A stretch of DNA of 44,804 nucleotides from a virus (IMGVR_UViG_3300016474_000107:1-44804); one strand, 5' to 3'; counted from the first letter of the stretch, positions 1 through 8,987 are shown. Numbers and translations: made by a program. The notes: generated from the letters alone by a model not told the origin.

Positions 1-804
1 TTCTTCCTCGATCTTTTCTTCTACAGTTTTCTCAGGTTTGTCTTCAGCCTTACCTGCCATGTACTTGCGCACATCAGCTTTTTCTTCGAACTCTTCATCG
101 CCTTCGTCTTCACCGAATGCATTGTCAGCGTCGTTGTCGTAATCAGTTTCAACCATGGTGAAGTCATCTTCAACTTCGTCAGCGAGAGCCTCTTCGATCT
201 CACGCAGGTCTTCGGGGTTGTCCTGCATGGCTTGCTTCTTACGTTCAACAGCTTTGGTTTTGCTGTAGTCGTAGACTTCTTTTGCCAGTTGGACTACGTC
301 CTCGATAGTTTCAGTCTGTTCAACTTTGTTGACCAAAACCTTTTCCTCTGAAGTGAATTTAACACCACACTGGAAACCAGCTTTGAAGTAAAGGTTGATA
401 CGGTCGATCAGAGAGAGGGTGGAAAGATCCTGCACCTTCTTGACGCCGAAGAAGTCTTTGTCGTTGAGTTCTTGGTAGCCAAGATTCATGGTCTTGCGAA
501 TCCCTGGATACTTGCGCTTCATCAGCTTCTCAATACGCACGTCCTCGAGGATGTTGAGATACTGGCGCATCTTAGGGTCTTCTTTGATTGGGTCGATGTA
601 CTCATCAGTCGTGTACAATGCGTGACCCACTTCGTGCCCAATGAGCATGCCTTCCACGATCGGAGACATATCCTTCCATTGCGGAAGGGTTAGGACACGG
701 TTCTTGATGTCAAACGATGCAGTGCTTACACGTGCACGAATGACTGAGATGTTCTCGGTTGCCAACAGCTTGGCATAAATTTCGGCTGCATTCACAGTGC
801 TCAT
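1..804 (-). CDS. HExxH metallopeptidase-like / CobT-VWA-associated protein of T4-like phages (3' end runs off the window)
   Basis: Not in the ORF track because it is truncated. Manual translation from ATG at 804 (SD AGGA upstream) gives MSTVNAAEIYAKLLATENISVIRARVSTASFDIKNRVLTLPQWKDM...GHEVGHALYT...NILEDVRIEK. This matches the 'peptidase' usually found next to cobS in T4-like phages. The frame is open to position 1. Confidence 0.8.
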   Translation of the reverse strand, partial: MSTVNAAEIYAKLLATENISVIRARVSTASFDIKNRVLTLPQWKDMSPIVEGMLIGHEVGHALYTTDEYIDPIKEDPKMRQYLNILEDVRIEKLMKRKYPGIRKTMNLGYQELNDKDFFGVKKVQDLSTLSLIDRINLYFKAGFQCGVKFTSEEKVLVNKVEQTETIEDVVQLAKEVYDYSKTKAVERKKQAMQDNPEDLREIEEALADEVEDDFTMVETDYDNDADNAFGEDEGDEEFEEKADVRKYMAGKAEDKPEKTVEEKIEEE

Positions 805-825
805 AATATATCCTATTCAGTAGCC

Positions 826-1011
826 TCAATTATACGCTACTTCGGAATTAAAGTCAACAGGGAATGCAAAGTCGTGCTCTGCTTCGGTTAGCAGGGACTC
901 AATCTCGGCTCGGTTTGCAAGTTCCAGCTTATCGTTGAAAACCAGCGAGTCTTCAAGCCCATACTGTCCTGCAAGAGTTGCAAGTTCAAAGTCAGAAAAG
1001 TCATCCCACAT
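826..1011 (-). CDS. Small acidic hypothetical protein (61 aa), probable early gene
   Basis: SD GGGAG upstream of ATG; own sigma70 promoter directly upstream; fills the gap between gp46 and the HExxH gene. Confidence 0.7.
   Translation of the reverse strand: MWDDFSDFELATLAGQYGLEDSLVFNDKLELANRAEIESLLTEAEHDFAFPVDFNSEVAYN
829..857 (-). promoter_or_regulatory. sigma70-type early promoter TTGACT-N17-TATAAT
   Basis: Near-consensus -35/-10 with 17-bp spacer, ~25 nt upstream of the ATG at 804; lies in the 3' end of the 61-aa ORF. Confidence 0.85.
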
Positions 1012-1035
1012 AGCGTTCTCCCAAGTAGTAAGGGA

Positions 1036-1064
1036 AGTATACGCTATGCAAGAATAAAAGTCAA
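1036..1064 (-). promoter_or_regulatory. sigma70-type early promoter TTGACT-N17-TATACT
   Basis: 17-bp spacer; shares flanks CTGTTGACTTT...TAGCGTATA with the promoter at 829-857. Confidence 0.85.
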
Positions 1065-1068
1065 CAGG

Positions 1069-2787
1069 TTACTGAGTAGCGATGACCGAGAAGTCGTTAC
1101 GCTTCTCAAACTTGATTACAGAACGGAATTTGTCGAACAGTTGGTCGCCTTTGTGAGAGATAACAAAGATGTTGGTGTGTTCGCCGAAACTGTTCATCAG
1201 GTTCAAGAAGTAGTCAGTACCAGCAGTGTCGAGAGACGAGTCGAAGATTTCATCCAGCAACAGCAGGTTGGTATTGACGGAGTTCTTCATCTTCGCAATC
1301 TGACGCCAAGTGAACAGAATGGACAAGTCGATACGCATTTTCTCACCTTCAGAGAAACTTGCGTAGGTGAAGTCGTCACGGAAACGAGACTTAACAGTCT
1401 CGTTGAACGCTTCATCAAGTTCGAAGTGGATGTAAGCATCCATGGCATTCAGGTACTTGTTGATCAACTTGTTCATAACTGGTAGGTACTCACGAATGAT
1501 CGCAGTCTTGATACCAGTGTCCTTTAGCAGAGTTGATGCCACTTCTTCAAGGTTACGTCTTTCTTGGAGAGTAGTTTTCTGCTTGATCTTTTCCATGGCT
1601 TCTTGAGCCAGTTCTTTCAACTTACGCTTCTCTTCATCCACGTTAGTGGTGTCAGACTTGTGTGCTCGAATTTCTTCTTTGAGTTCTTCAATCTGACGAT
1701 TCAGTAGAGCGATGGTTGAGTTCTTTGTAGAGATCTCAATGTTCTTATCGGCAATCTGATCAGCAATAGTGTTGATGTCTTTCAGCTTAGTTTGAAGACT
1801 ACCAAGCACACCCTCAAGTTCATCAATCTTCTTATTGCTGTCCTGCATTCTCATATGCAGGTCGTGAATGATCTTAGATTTATAGTCCTCTGGAATTTCC
1901 TGAGAGCATTGCGGACATACGTCATTCTCAGAGAAGAATTCCGCATGGTGCTCACAAGTCTCAACCTTTTGTGACAGCTTCGTTTTGATAGTTTTGGCTT
2001 TGTCGATGTCATCAACCAGTTTATCTTTTGAAGCGATCTTGCCACTGAGAGTTGTAATGTCGGACACCAGCTGTTGAATTTCAGATTGTGTCTGAGTGAC
2101 TGCTCCAAGGTTCGCATCAATCTTACTCTGGAGTCCTTCAATAACTTCGACCTTTGCTTGGGTGATAGTTTTAATGAGTGTCTGTTGACCATCGACTTTT
2201 GCCTTAGCATTGGACAGTTCGGACTCAATTCGTGTAATTTCATTCTTGGTTGCCTGTGCCTTTTCTTTCAGCAACTGATTCATCGTAGAGAAGATACGGA
2301 TATCAAGAATGTCTTCGATGACTTCACGACGCTGAGAAGAAGATAACTGCATGAATGGAACAAATGAAGCAGAACCCAAGATAACCACTTGCGTGAATGT
2401 CTTGAAATTCAACTTCAGGATTTGCTGCTCGAGAACCTTCTGATAATCTTTTGCTGCGGCATCTTGGTTGATCATCTCATCGTTACACCAGATCTCAAAC
2501 TTGTTCGGTTTGATACCACGGATAACTTTGTACTCTTTACCGTTGGCAGAGAACTCAATGGTAACTTCACACTTCTTACCATTGATAGAGTTGATCAGCT
2601 GTGCTTTATTGATATTGCGGAAAGGCTTGCCGAATAAGGCGAAGCAAAGAGCATCCAGAATGGTGGACTTACCTTCGCCGTTCTTACCAATGATTAGAGT
2701 TGTAGGTGACTTGTTTAGCAGAACCTTATTCGGCGCATTGCCTGTTGATAGAAAGTTCTGCCATTCAATACTCTTAAAAACAATCAT
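1069..2787 (-). CDS. gp46: Recombination endonuclease ATPase subunit (Rad50/SbcC-like)
   Basis: Walker A GKNGEGKST, CPQC zinc hook within coiled coil, FSEGEK signature, LLLDEIFD Walker B, ISH H-loop. Confidence 0.97.
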   Translation of the reverse strand: MIVFKSIEWQNFLSTGNAPNKVLLNKSPTTLIIGKNGEGKSTILDALCFALFGKPFRNINKAQLINSINGKKCEVTIEFSANGKEYKVIRGIKPNKFEIWCNDEMINQDAAAKDYQKVLEQQILKLNFKTFTQVVILGSASFVPFMQLSSSQRREVIEDILDIRIFSTMNQLLKEKAQATKNEITRIESELSNAKAKVDGQQTLIKTITQAKVEVIEGLQSKIDANLGAVTQTQSEIQQLVSDITTLSGKIASKDKLVDDIDKAKTIKTKLSQKVETCEHHAEFFSENDVCPQCSQEIPEDYKSKIIHDLHMRMQDSNKKIDELEGVLGSLQTKLKDINTIADQIADKNIEISTKNSTIALLNRQIEELKEEIRAHKSDTTNVDEEKRKLKELAQEAMEKIKQKTTLQERRNLEEVASTLLKDTGIKTAIIREYLPVMNKLINKYLNAMDAYIHFELDEAFNETVKSRFRDDFTYASFSEGEKMRIDLSILFTWRQIAKMKNSVNTNLLLLDEIFDSSLDTAGTDYFLNLMNSFGEHTNIFVISHKGDQLFDKFRSVIKFEKRNDFSVIATQ

Positions 2788-3083
2788 TTACTCTTCCATT
2801 TCATACCGAGCGTTTTGTAGATCCAGCGTTTTACAAAGTTCGGTTTCTTTTTAGACACAACGGTGATTGGTGTTTGATCAATGTCGATAGTAAAGTTCGG
2901 CTCAATCTTGCTGGCAGTAAACGTGTAACTACCTGTACCACCATTACCAATCGTGAGTGTTACGCTATTCGCCCACATTTCTTTACGCTTCTGCTCTTCA
3001 TAAGCAACAGAAGGAGAGAAGTCCAAGTCAAGTGGAATCTGCTCCGTCAGCGGAAAGAAATACTGAATCTCTAGTTGTTGCAT
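2784..3083 (-). CDS. Hypothetical protein (99 aa) between gp47 and gp46
   Basis: Start overlaps the gp47 stop and its stop overlaps the gp46 start, consistent with translational coupling. Confidence 0.75.
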   Translation of the reverse strand: MQQLEIQYFFPLTEQIPLDLDFSPSVAYEEQKRKEMWANSVTLTIGNGGTGSYTFTASKIEPNFTIDIDQTPITVVSKKKPNFVKRWIYKTLGMKWKSK

Positions 3084-4138
3084 CAGACCACCTCAATGTT
3101 CACAGCTTCCGTATAAAGAGACTTCATAAAGTTCTTGATGTTCTCTTTGTCTGAATCGGTTTCAACTGAGTCAATGTAATGAGAGAGAACAGACATAGTA
3201 TCTTCGAGGTTAATTTCCTCGCCAATCTCACCTTCTTGGAACTCAGACATATCTTCCACGATCTTAATTTCGTGACACCCCTTATTATACAGCTTCTGAG
3301 TGAACTTATCAAATTTATAGTAGTCAGTCTTATTTACAACAACTAGCTTGACGAAACAACCTTTCAGATCCAGTGCGTCGAGGTCGATCGGATCTTTTTC
3401 TTTGTCGTCATATTCGATTCTTGCGAACACAGAATAAGGGTTTCGTACGAATTCGAGATTTCTACTTGAAAGGTCGAACAGGTGAAATCCTCGGGGATCG
3501 TTATAATCTTGCCATGTGAGTTCGTATGGGTTTCCAAGGTAGTAGATGTGACCATCATCAGACTTGTGATGATAATGCCCACTAAAAACGAGGTCGAACT
3601 TACCAAAAAGATCTTTAGATAACCCATCGTGACTTTCCATTCCTCTGTACATTGCGAACCCAGCAATCTCAAAGTGACCCATACAGATCTCAGCTTGGGT
3701 GTCCTTAATGGTATCAATGGAGTCTTGATAATTCTCAGGGCAGATCCACGGCATCATACAGATGGGAATGTTATCAACGAAGATGGTTGCTGGGTGATCA
3801 ATTACGTTGATGTTGTCGTACTCTCGCAGAAGCAAGTTCGGTGAGTTCACTTCGTTGGTGTTCTTAAAGTAAGTGTCATGGTTACCTGCAATCATCTCAA
3901 CACGGATGTTACGAGCAGCCAGCTTATCAAAGAACATCTTCTTAGCACGATCAAGTGCGTAGAAGTTTACGTACTTACGGCGATCAAAAGTATCACCAAG
4001 GATCAAGACAGTATCAATCTTGTGTTGATCTAAGGTTGGAAAGAATACGTCATCATAGAACTTCTCAAAGAAGTCCAGAAAGACGACGCTGTCCGATCTT
4101 GCTCCAAAATGTTGATCCGTAATTATAGCGACTTTCAA
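3083..4138 (-). CDS. gp47: Recombination endonuclease nuclease subunit (Mre11/SbcD-like)
   Basis: Metallophosphoesterase motifs TDQHFG, LGDTFD, GNHD, GHFE, SGHYH; adjacent to gp46. Confidence 0.97.
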   Translation of the reverse strand: MKVAIITDQHFGARSDSVVFLDFFEKFYDDVFFPTLDQHKIDTVLILGDTFDRRKYVNFYALDRAKKMFFDKLAARNIRVEMIAGNHDTYFKNTNEVNSPNLLLREYDNINVIDHPATIFVDNIPICMMPWICPENYQDSIDTIKDTQAEICMGHFEIAGFAMYRGMESHDGLSKDLFGKFDLVFSGHYHHKSDDGHIYYLGNPYELTWQDYNDPRGFHLFDLSSRNLEFVRNPYSVFARIEYDDKEKDPIDLDALDLKGCFVKLVVVNKTDYYKFDKFTQKLYNKGCHEIKIVEDMSEFQEGEIGEEINLEDTMSVLSHYIDSVETDSDKENIKNFMKSLYTEAVNIEVV

Positions 4139-5316
4139 ATGAAGCCTACCTTTCGATTAGTAGCAGCAGTTGCTGCGTTGGTCTGTTCGTTGAACACTTC
4201 TGCGATTGAATACTTATTGGTTTCCTGACCACGTGGGCGAACAGGAAGTTTGACGCCAAGACGGTCAGCCAGTTTGTTGGCTTGCTCAACATTCAGAGCA
4301 TCGAAGGTGACGATGTCAAAGCAACGACCTGGACGAACCAGTGCGCTGTCGATGTCACGAATGCTTGGAAGGTTGGTAGAGAAGATCATCTTCTTACCCT
4401 TGGTAGTTACAAGCCCATCACCTACGTTTAGGAAACGGTGCATCATTGTGTTGCCATCAGTGCGAGACTTCAGGAATGCGTCAGAGTCTTCAAGCACCAT
4501 AACTTCTGCATCGTCTTCAATAAAGCGAGCGAAGAAACCATCTTTCTCAAGAATGGCTGCGTCGTAAGTAACGATAGCAGAGCAGTTGCGGTGTGCTAGC
4601 AGACCACGGATGAAGGTAGTCTTACCAGTTCCTGGAGGTCCGATCAGCAGGAGAATGTTTGCGCTGGAATCCATGTAACGATCGTAGTAGCTTTCCAGAG
4701 ACTCGCCGTTGAGGAATGGGTACATCTCATCAACAGGCATACGATCACGGTTCAGCGGCACGTTCACAGAGTGACCATCGCTACCATAAACCCACTCGAT
4801 GTAAGAAGTCACAACCGAGAAGTTTTCCTCAATAATCTCAATCATGTCGTTGCAGAACTGAGAGTCGCCGAAGCAACGAACAGTTGTGGAGTTGGAGTTT
4901 ACTGAGTAGGTAATGTAGTTGTCGCTGGATTCTTCGATGATGAAGCCAGAAGAAGAACTACCCTGAACGAACAGGAACGATGCGAAGTTTTGCTCTGCCC
5001 ACTTAGCCCACTTCTCACGATTGGCGAGAACAGTGGTCTCACGGTGCACGGTTTGCTTACCATGCTCAACTCGACGCTTCAACAGTTCAGTTGTAATGAG
5101 GTCGTCAAAGTCAGAGACGCCCAAGAAGATTTTGTTGTCAGTCTGTGTGTTCATATATTCTTTCAAGTTCAAATAATCATCATATGCATCAATCGTTCTA
5201 CGCTTGAGAGTTTTCTTTGACCCTCTTGCTATCTTTCTACGTTTGCTTCTATTGACACGTGGTCGATAGTCAGTTACGTTTAGATCACGAATCAGATCCC
5301 GAATCGAGTTGCTCAT
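4135..5316 (-). CDS. AAA+ ATPase (classic clade) with basic N-terminal extension
   Basis: GPPGTGKT Walker A, MVLEDSD Walker B, FSTN sensor-1, DSALVRPGR second region of homology. Start placed at ATG 5316 (SD AGGTGA); an alternative start is at 5154. Confidence 0.9.
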   Translation of the reverse strand: MSNSIRDLIRDLNVTDYRPRVNRSKRRKIARGSKKTLKRRTIDAYDDYLNLKEYMNTQTDNKIFLGVSDFDDLITTELLKRRVEHGKQTVHRETTVLANREKWAKWAEQNFASFLFVQGSSSSGFIIEESSDNYITYSVNSNSTTVRCFGDSQFCNDMIEIIEENFSVVTSYIEWVYGSDGHSVNVPLNRDRMPVDEMYPFLNGESLESYYDRYMDSSANILLLIGPPGTGKTTFIRGLLAHRNCSAIVTYDAAILEKDGFFARFIEDDAEVMVLEDSDAFLKSRTDGNTMMHRFLNVGDGLVTTKGKKMIFSTNLPSIRDIDSALVRPGRCFDIVTFDALNVEQANKLADRLGVKLPVRPRGQETNKYSIAEVFNEQTNAATAATNRKVGFI

Positions 5317-5848
5317 CACTATCACCTATAAAATCATCAAGAGAACTTTGTTTCTTTTTCTTCTTGGCAGCTTTACGTTCAAAGAACTCTTCACCACTAT
5401 CAAGCGAGTTGGTTTGCATGAAGTCTAGGTATGCATTGTGGAAGTGACCGTCTTCATCCTGCTCTTGAATCTCAAAGGCTTCAAAGGGCATATCTTTGAT
5501 CAGCTTGTTCTTGATGTAGCTTTGCTTCTTTTCCTTAGCAATGCGACGCAAGAAAGCGTAGTAGATAATCTGAGTGAAGTAAGCGAACGGATTGCTCGAC
5601 TTGGATGGATCGAAGTTGTCGATGTACTGAATGCAGTTCTCAATACCGTCAAGGATCATGTCGTCCTTGTACGAGTAGTTGATGAAATTGGGCTTGTACG
5701 ATAGGTGAGTGGCGATCTTTAAGATGCACTCTCCAATGTAGTTGCTTACCTGCGGTTTCTCAGCACCAGACTCCTCTGCTTCTAAAACCTTCTGCTTGTA
5801 TTCCTTGATTGCTGCCAAAAAGTCGGCGTTGTTAACGTAATGTGCCAT
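5285..5848 (-). CDS. gp55: Late transcription sigma factor
   Basis: HYVNN N-terminus, YIGECILKIA, NFINYSYKDDMI, NPFAYFTQI, AFLRRI, and a C-terminal SLDDF clamp-binding-like motif. Confidence 0.97.
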   Translation of the reverse strand: MAHYVNNADFLAAIKEYKQKVLEAEESGAEKPQVSNYIGECILKIATHLSYKPNFINYSYKDDMILDGIENCIQYIDNFDPSKSSNPFAYFTQIIYYAFLRRIAKEKKQSYIKNKLIKDMPFEAFEIQEQDEDGHFHNAYLDFMQTNSLDSGEEFFERKAAKKKKKQSSLDDFIGDSDEQLDSGSDS

Positions 5849-5886
5849 GTATTATTTTATCCTGGTTGTTTCACCAGCTAACAAGA

Positions 5887-5915
5887 AGTATACAACAGAT
5901 GCGAAAAAAAGACAA
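5887..5915 (-). promoter_or_regulatory. sigma70-type promoter for the gp55 operon, TTGTCT-N17-TATACT
   Basis: 17-bp spacer, ~40 nt upstream of the gp55 ATG, SD AGGA in between. Confidence 0.7.
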
Positions 5916-5950
5916 GTTTATCTTAGTTGCAGATGCAAACCAAAATAGAT

Positions 5951-5979
5951 TTGTCTTTTATTTGACGAAAGGGCATAAT
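5951..5979 (+). promoter_or_regulatory. Divergent antisense sigma70-type promoter TTGTCT-N17-CATAAT
   Basis: Mirror image of the gp55 promoter, part of an imperfect inverted repeat at 5907-5959; points into the 153-aa gene and uvsW. Confidence 0.55.
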
Positions 5980-6007
5980 AACGGTGTTAGGGTTGATGAT
6001 GACCTTA

Positions 6008-6469
6008 TTAGTGTATCGTATCGTTTCCTTCGATGAAGACACGAAACGGTTCTTCCTCTTCTTTCTCTGGTTCTTTCCCAAAGATTTCCTCTAGCATGTC
6101 GATGCGTTTACGAATTTCATCGACAGTCATATGCTCGGGTTCATCCCAATCTAACTCTCTCTGAGGTTTCGTTTTTACAAGGACAGTGTCCTCATACGCA
6201 TTTACGATTCTTGTATAGTGCGGGATCAACATCTCGTGTAGTTCTTTGTAGAACATAACACTAGACTTGGGCAGACGGTATATCTTATCAGCAGAGAACT
6301 GGCAGAAAGGTTTAGCTGTTACATGTTCGTGGATCTTACCAGCATCAGCAATTTGATGCATACTTACAACCATAGGATAAGAAACTTCGATGTAGTCAGG
6401 TGCGTCTTCTTCAAGACACGCCATGACTTGCTCTCCTGTGGTCATCTTAATAATGACGTATGTAATCAT
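6008..6469 (-). CDS. Conserved hypothetical protein between uvsW and gp55 (possible Sm-like fold)
   Basis: N-terminal IKMTTGEQVMA pattern, acidic tail ending TIH, ATGA overlap with uvsW; occupies the conserved slot in T4-like phages. Confidence 0.8.
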   Translation of the reverse strand: MITYVIIKMTTGEQVMACLEEDAPDYIEVSYPMVVSMHQIADAGKIHEHVTAKPFCQFSADKIYRLPKSSVMFYKELHEMLIPHYTRIVNAYEDTVLVKTKPQRELDWDEPEHMTVDEIRKRIDMLEEIFGKEPEKEEEEPFRVFIEGNDTIH

Positions 6470-7950
6470 AGATTCACTTCCACCAATTTTAGATCAAATT
6501 GTTCTTCAGCATAAGTCTTGTAACGCTCTGCTGCGTGGTTTAGTGTATGGTTCTTCCATGACTTCCAATGCAGATCGTCAGCAAGGTCGTAAAGATTACA
6601 TGCTGTCTTACCATCCTTCAAGCGTAGCCCACGACCAATAGATTGTAGGTTACGAATCTTTGACTTACTTGGTGATGCAAAGACTACATTCTCGATAGAC
6701 GGAATGTTAATACCTGTTGAGAATGTACCGTATGAAGCAATGATGATTGCATCGTCTTCACCCTCAGTGATATGACGGATCGATTCACGATCTGATACAT
6801 CAGTGCCACCGTATACAAAGAACACCTTACGGTCTTCGTGCACTTTCTCTTTGATCATATCATAAAGAACCTTACCGTGTTTCTCAACGTACTGGAAAAG
6901 AACCAGTGTGTTACCCTTTGACTTTACAGCAAGATTACGGATAAACTTGTTGCGTGGGTAGTGAGAAACCAGCCAATCCATTTCGTCTTGGTAGGTGTTG
7001 TTCTTACGAGCCTTACGAATCTCTTCTGAATACTTCAACACAACGCAAGTGATGTTTAGCTGCGCCAGCTTTTGTGTTTCCATCAATTGCTTGGTAGTAG
7101 TTACACGATGTACTGGTCCAAACACACCCTCAAGAACCAAACGGTGGATCTTTTTATTATCTAGCGTACCAGTTGTACCAACACGGTAGCGGATGTTGTC
7201 CATCTTTTCCATTACACCAATCAGCGACTTAGCTTTGAACTGGTGCGCTTCATCCCCAAAGATTACATCGAACTGACGGAACCACTGCTTTGGTTGTAGG
7301 TATACTGACTGCCAAGTGGTAATCAGAACATTGCGTGTGAAGTCTTTGGTGAAACCAGAGTAAAGTTTCTGGCAGTTGCCAGAAGTGCTCCATCCATTGG
7401 CTGATGAGTAGTCTTCAAAGTCAGCGTACAACTGCTCAACGAGAGAAGTCGTTGGAACAATGATGATGCACTTGCGACCTTGATCGAGGTGCCAGCGCAT
7501 TGTTGTGTAGATGATGAATGACTTGCCTGATGCAGTAGGCGAAAGAAGTAGAGTTCGTTCTTGATCAAGAGCAGTCTTTACTGCTTCTACTTGATAATCA
7601 CGAATCTCGATAGGCTTACCACGACCATGTGGATTTAGCCACTGCGCAAACTCTTCTACGAGTTCGTGCGTAATACCGTTGGTGGTATTGAATTCAGACT
7701 TATACTCTATTGTGTGACCATTGCGGTCGCAGAATTCTTTAACGTAGTTGAGTAGCCCGATATAAAGCGATTTTCTTATCTGATCGTACAGACGTACTTT
7801 ACCGTCCCAGAGTCTCGCTTTGAACTGTGGGGTAAATCTTGCTCCTGGATATTCATATGTGAAGAAGTCTGCGAGTTCTTGCTCAACCGAAGCATCGCTA
7901 AAGACTCGCATGTGGACTTCATCAAGTTTCTCAATGGTTACTGTGCTCAC
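6466..7950 (-). CDS. uvsW: SF2 DNA/RNA-DNA helicase UvsW
   Basis: RDYQ Q-motif, SPTASGKS, DEAH, TGT, QSIGRGLR. Likely start is GTG at 7950, overlapping the uvsY stop (ORF track starts at 7977). Confidence 0.96.
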   Translation of the reverse strand: MSTVTIEKLDEVHMRVFSDASVEQELADFFTYEYPGARFTPQFKARLWDGKVRLYDQIRKSLYIGLLNYVKEFCDRNGHTIEYKSEFNTTNGITHELVEEFAQWLNPHGRGKPIEIRDYQVEAVKTALDQERTLLLSPTASGKSFIIYTTMRWHLDQGRKCIIIVPTTSLVEQLYADFEDYSSANGWSTSGNCQKLYSGFTKDFTRNVLITTWQSVYLQPKQWFRQFDVIFGDEAHQFKAKSLIGVMEKMDNIRYRVGTTGTLDNKKIHRLVLEGVFGPVHRVTTTKQLMETQKLAQLNITCVVLKYSEEIRKARKNNTYQDEMDWLVSHYPRNKFIRNLAVKSKGNTLVLFQYVEKHGKVLYDMIKEKVHEDRKVFFVYGGTDVSDRESIRHITEGEDDAIIIASYGTFSTGINIPSIENVVFASPSKSKIRNLQSIGRGLRLKDGKTACNLYDLADDLHWKSWKNHTLNHAAERYKTYAEEQFDLKLVEVNL

Positions 7951-8387
7951 TACATCCCTGCTAAAAATTTCTTCCATTCCACCGCAGTCTTCAGTTGCCA
8001 GTCTCTGGCTTTGATCTGTGTGAGAATGGACTCAAGTAGATATATCATGGTCTCGAGATACTCGATTTTGACCTTCATTGTATTTAGATCTTCATCGCCA
8101 GTGAGGAATTCGTCCATCTCATTCTTGAGAGGCTTGACACCTTGCCACTGTGCCCAACCCAAATCCTGTAGTTCTTCACGACCAAGTTCGCCACGGTAGT
8201 AGCGGAACTTCGCCTTACGAAGCATATTGTAATCGGATTGGAGTTTGGTGTGCTTGAGTTTCACGCCGACGAGTAACTTGACGTACTTGGCGTGTAGCTT
8301 GGGAGTTTTGGTGGCATGCTCTCCGAGATAGTTGTCGTCAATCTCGCAGTCAGCTTCCCACATGTCTTGCAATTGTTCAATGTTCAT
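7950..8387 (-). CDS. uvsY: Recombination mediator UvsY
   Basis: PKLHAKY, YYRG, R.WQLK.A.EW.KF.AG motifs; directly upstream of uvsW. Confidence 0.93.
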   Translation of the reverse strand: MNIEQLQDMWEADCEIDDNYLGEHATKTPKLHAKYVKLLVGVKLKHTKLQSDYNMLRKAKFRYYRGELGREELQDLGWAQWQGVKPLKNEMDEFLTGDEDLNTMKVKIEYLETMIYLLESILTQIKARDWQLKTAVEWKKFLAGM

Positions 8388-8399
8388 AATAACCTCAAG

Positions 8400-8441
8400 T
8401 TGTATACCCTACATTATACCGTAGGGTTACAAATAAATCAA
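8400..8441 (-). promoter_or_regulatory. uvsY promoter TTGATT-N17-TATAAT with -10 box enclosed in an inverted repeat
   Basis: -35 at 8436-8441, -10 at 8413-8418; arms ACCCTAC (8406-8412) and GTAGGGT (8421-8427), extendable by TTGTA/TACAA with a 1-nt bulge. Confidence 0.75.
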
Positions 8442-8448
8442 ATTTGTC

Positions 8449-8982
8449 TTACAAGAATTTGTAGTATCCGTAACGGAAAGTTGCGTTACCAACAAGGTAG
8501 TTTACGTCTTGGTTGGTAGATTGGAACATCAGTGAGTCAATTGCAACTGGGAACAAGTCAATGAATTGTACAGTTTGAATTGGCTTGTTGTTTGGTCCAA
8601 GGATTTGTAGCGTTGCATCAGAGAAGTTCTTTGCAAGTTCGCTAGTAATACCACGTTGGTCAGCATCAATGAATGTGATGTATTCTTCATACGTAGTAGG
8701 GAAACCAAGAGCAACGATCCAGTTATAGATCGCTTTGTAATTGGTCATGCTCTCATCAACTAAGAACTGAACAGTCAGTTGGTCGTAGGTAAGAGTTTCA
8801 CCTGGAACTGGAGTAGTTCTAAATGGGTTGCCAAATTCAGGAGCGCCAAGCATAATGCCTGGAAGATTCACTTGCTGACAAAAGAAGTTCAGCGAAGGAA
8901 GTTTCTGAATGGCAAACAGGAACCCGTTTGGTGACAAAGGGTTAATGTTGCTTGGAACAGGACATGAAAGAGTAGTAGCCAT
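8449..8982 (-). CDS. gp3: Tail tube terminator / tail completion protein
   Basis: NPLSPNGF, FFCQQVNLPG, FLVDE.M.NY..IYNW, SDATLQIL motifs; follows gp23 as in cyanophage-type T4-like genomes. Confidence 0.9.
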   Translation of the reverse strand: MATTLSCPVPSNINPLSPNGFLFAIQKLPSLNFFCQQVNLPGIMLGAPEFGNPFRTTPVPGETLTYDQLTVQFLVDESMTNYKAIYNWIVALGFPTTYEEYITFIDADQRGITSELAKNFSDATLQILGPNNKPIQTVQFIDLFPVAIDSLMFQSTNQDVNYLVGNATFRYGYYKFL

Positions 8983-8987
8983 GTATC

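Noticed and set aside
21-248. 75-aa minus-strand ORF in the track
   Set aside because: Out of frame within the real truncated gene 1-804.
5842-6036. 64-aa plus-strand ORF across the gp55 upstream region
   Set aside because: Starts upstream of the plus-strand promoter, overlaps both neighbours, has no RBS; better explained as regulatory DNA.
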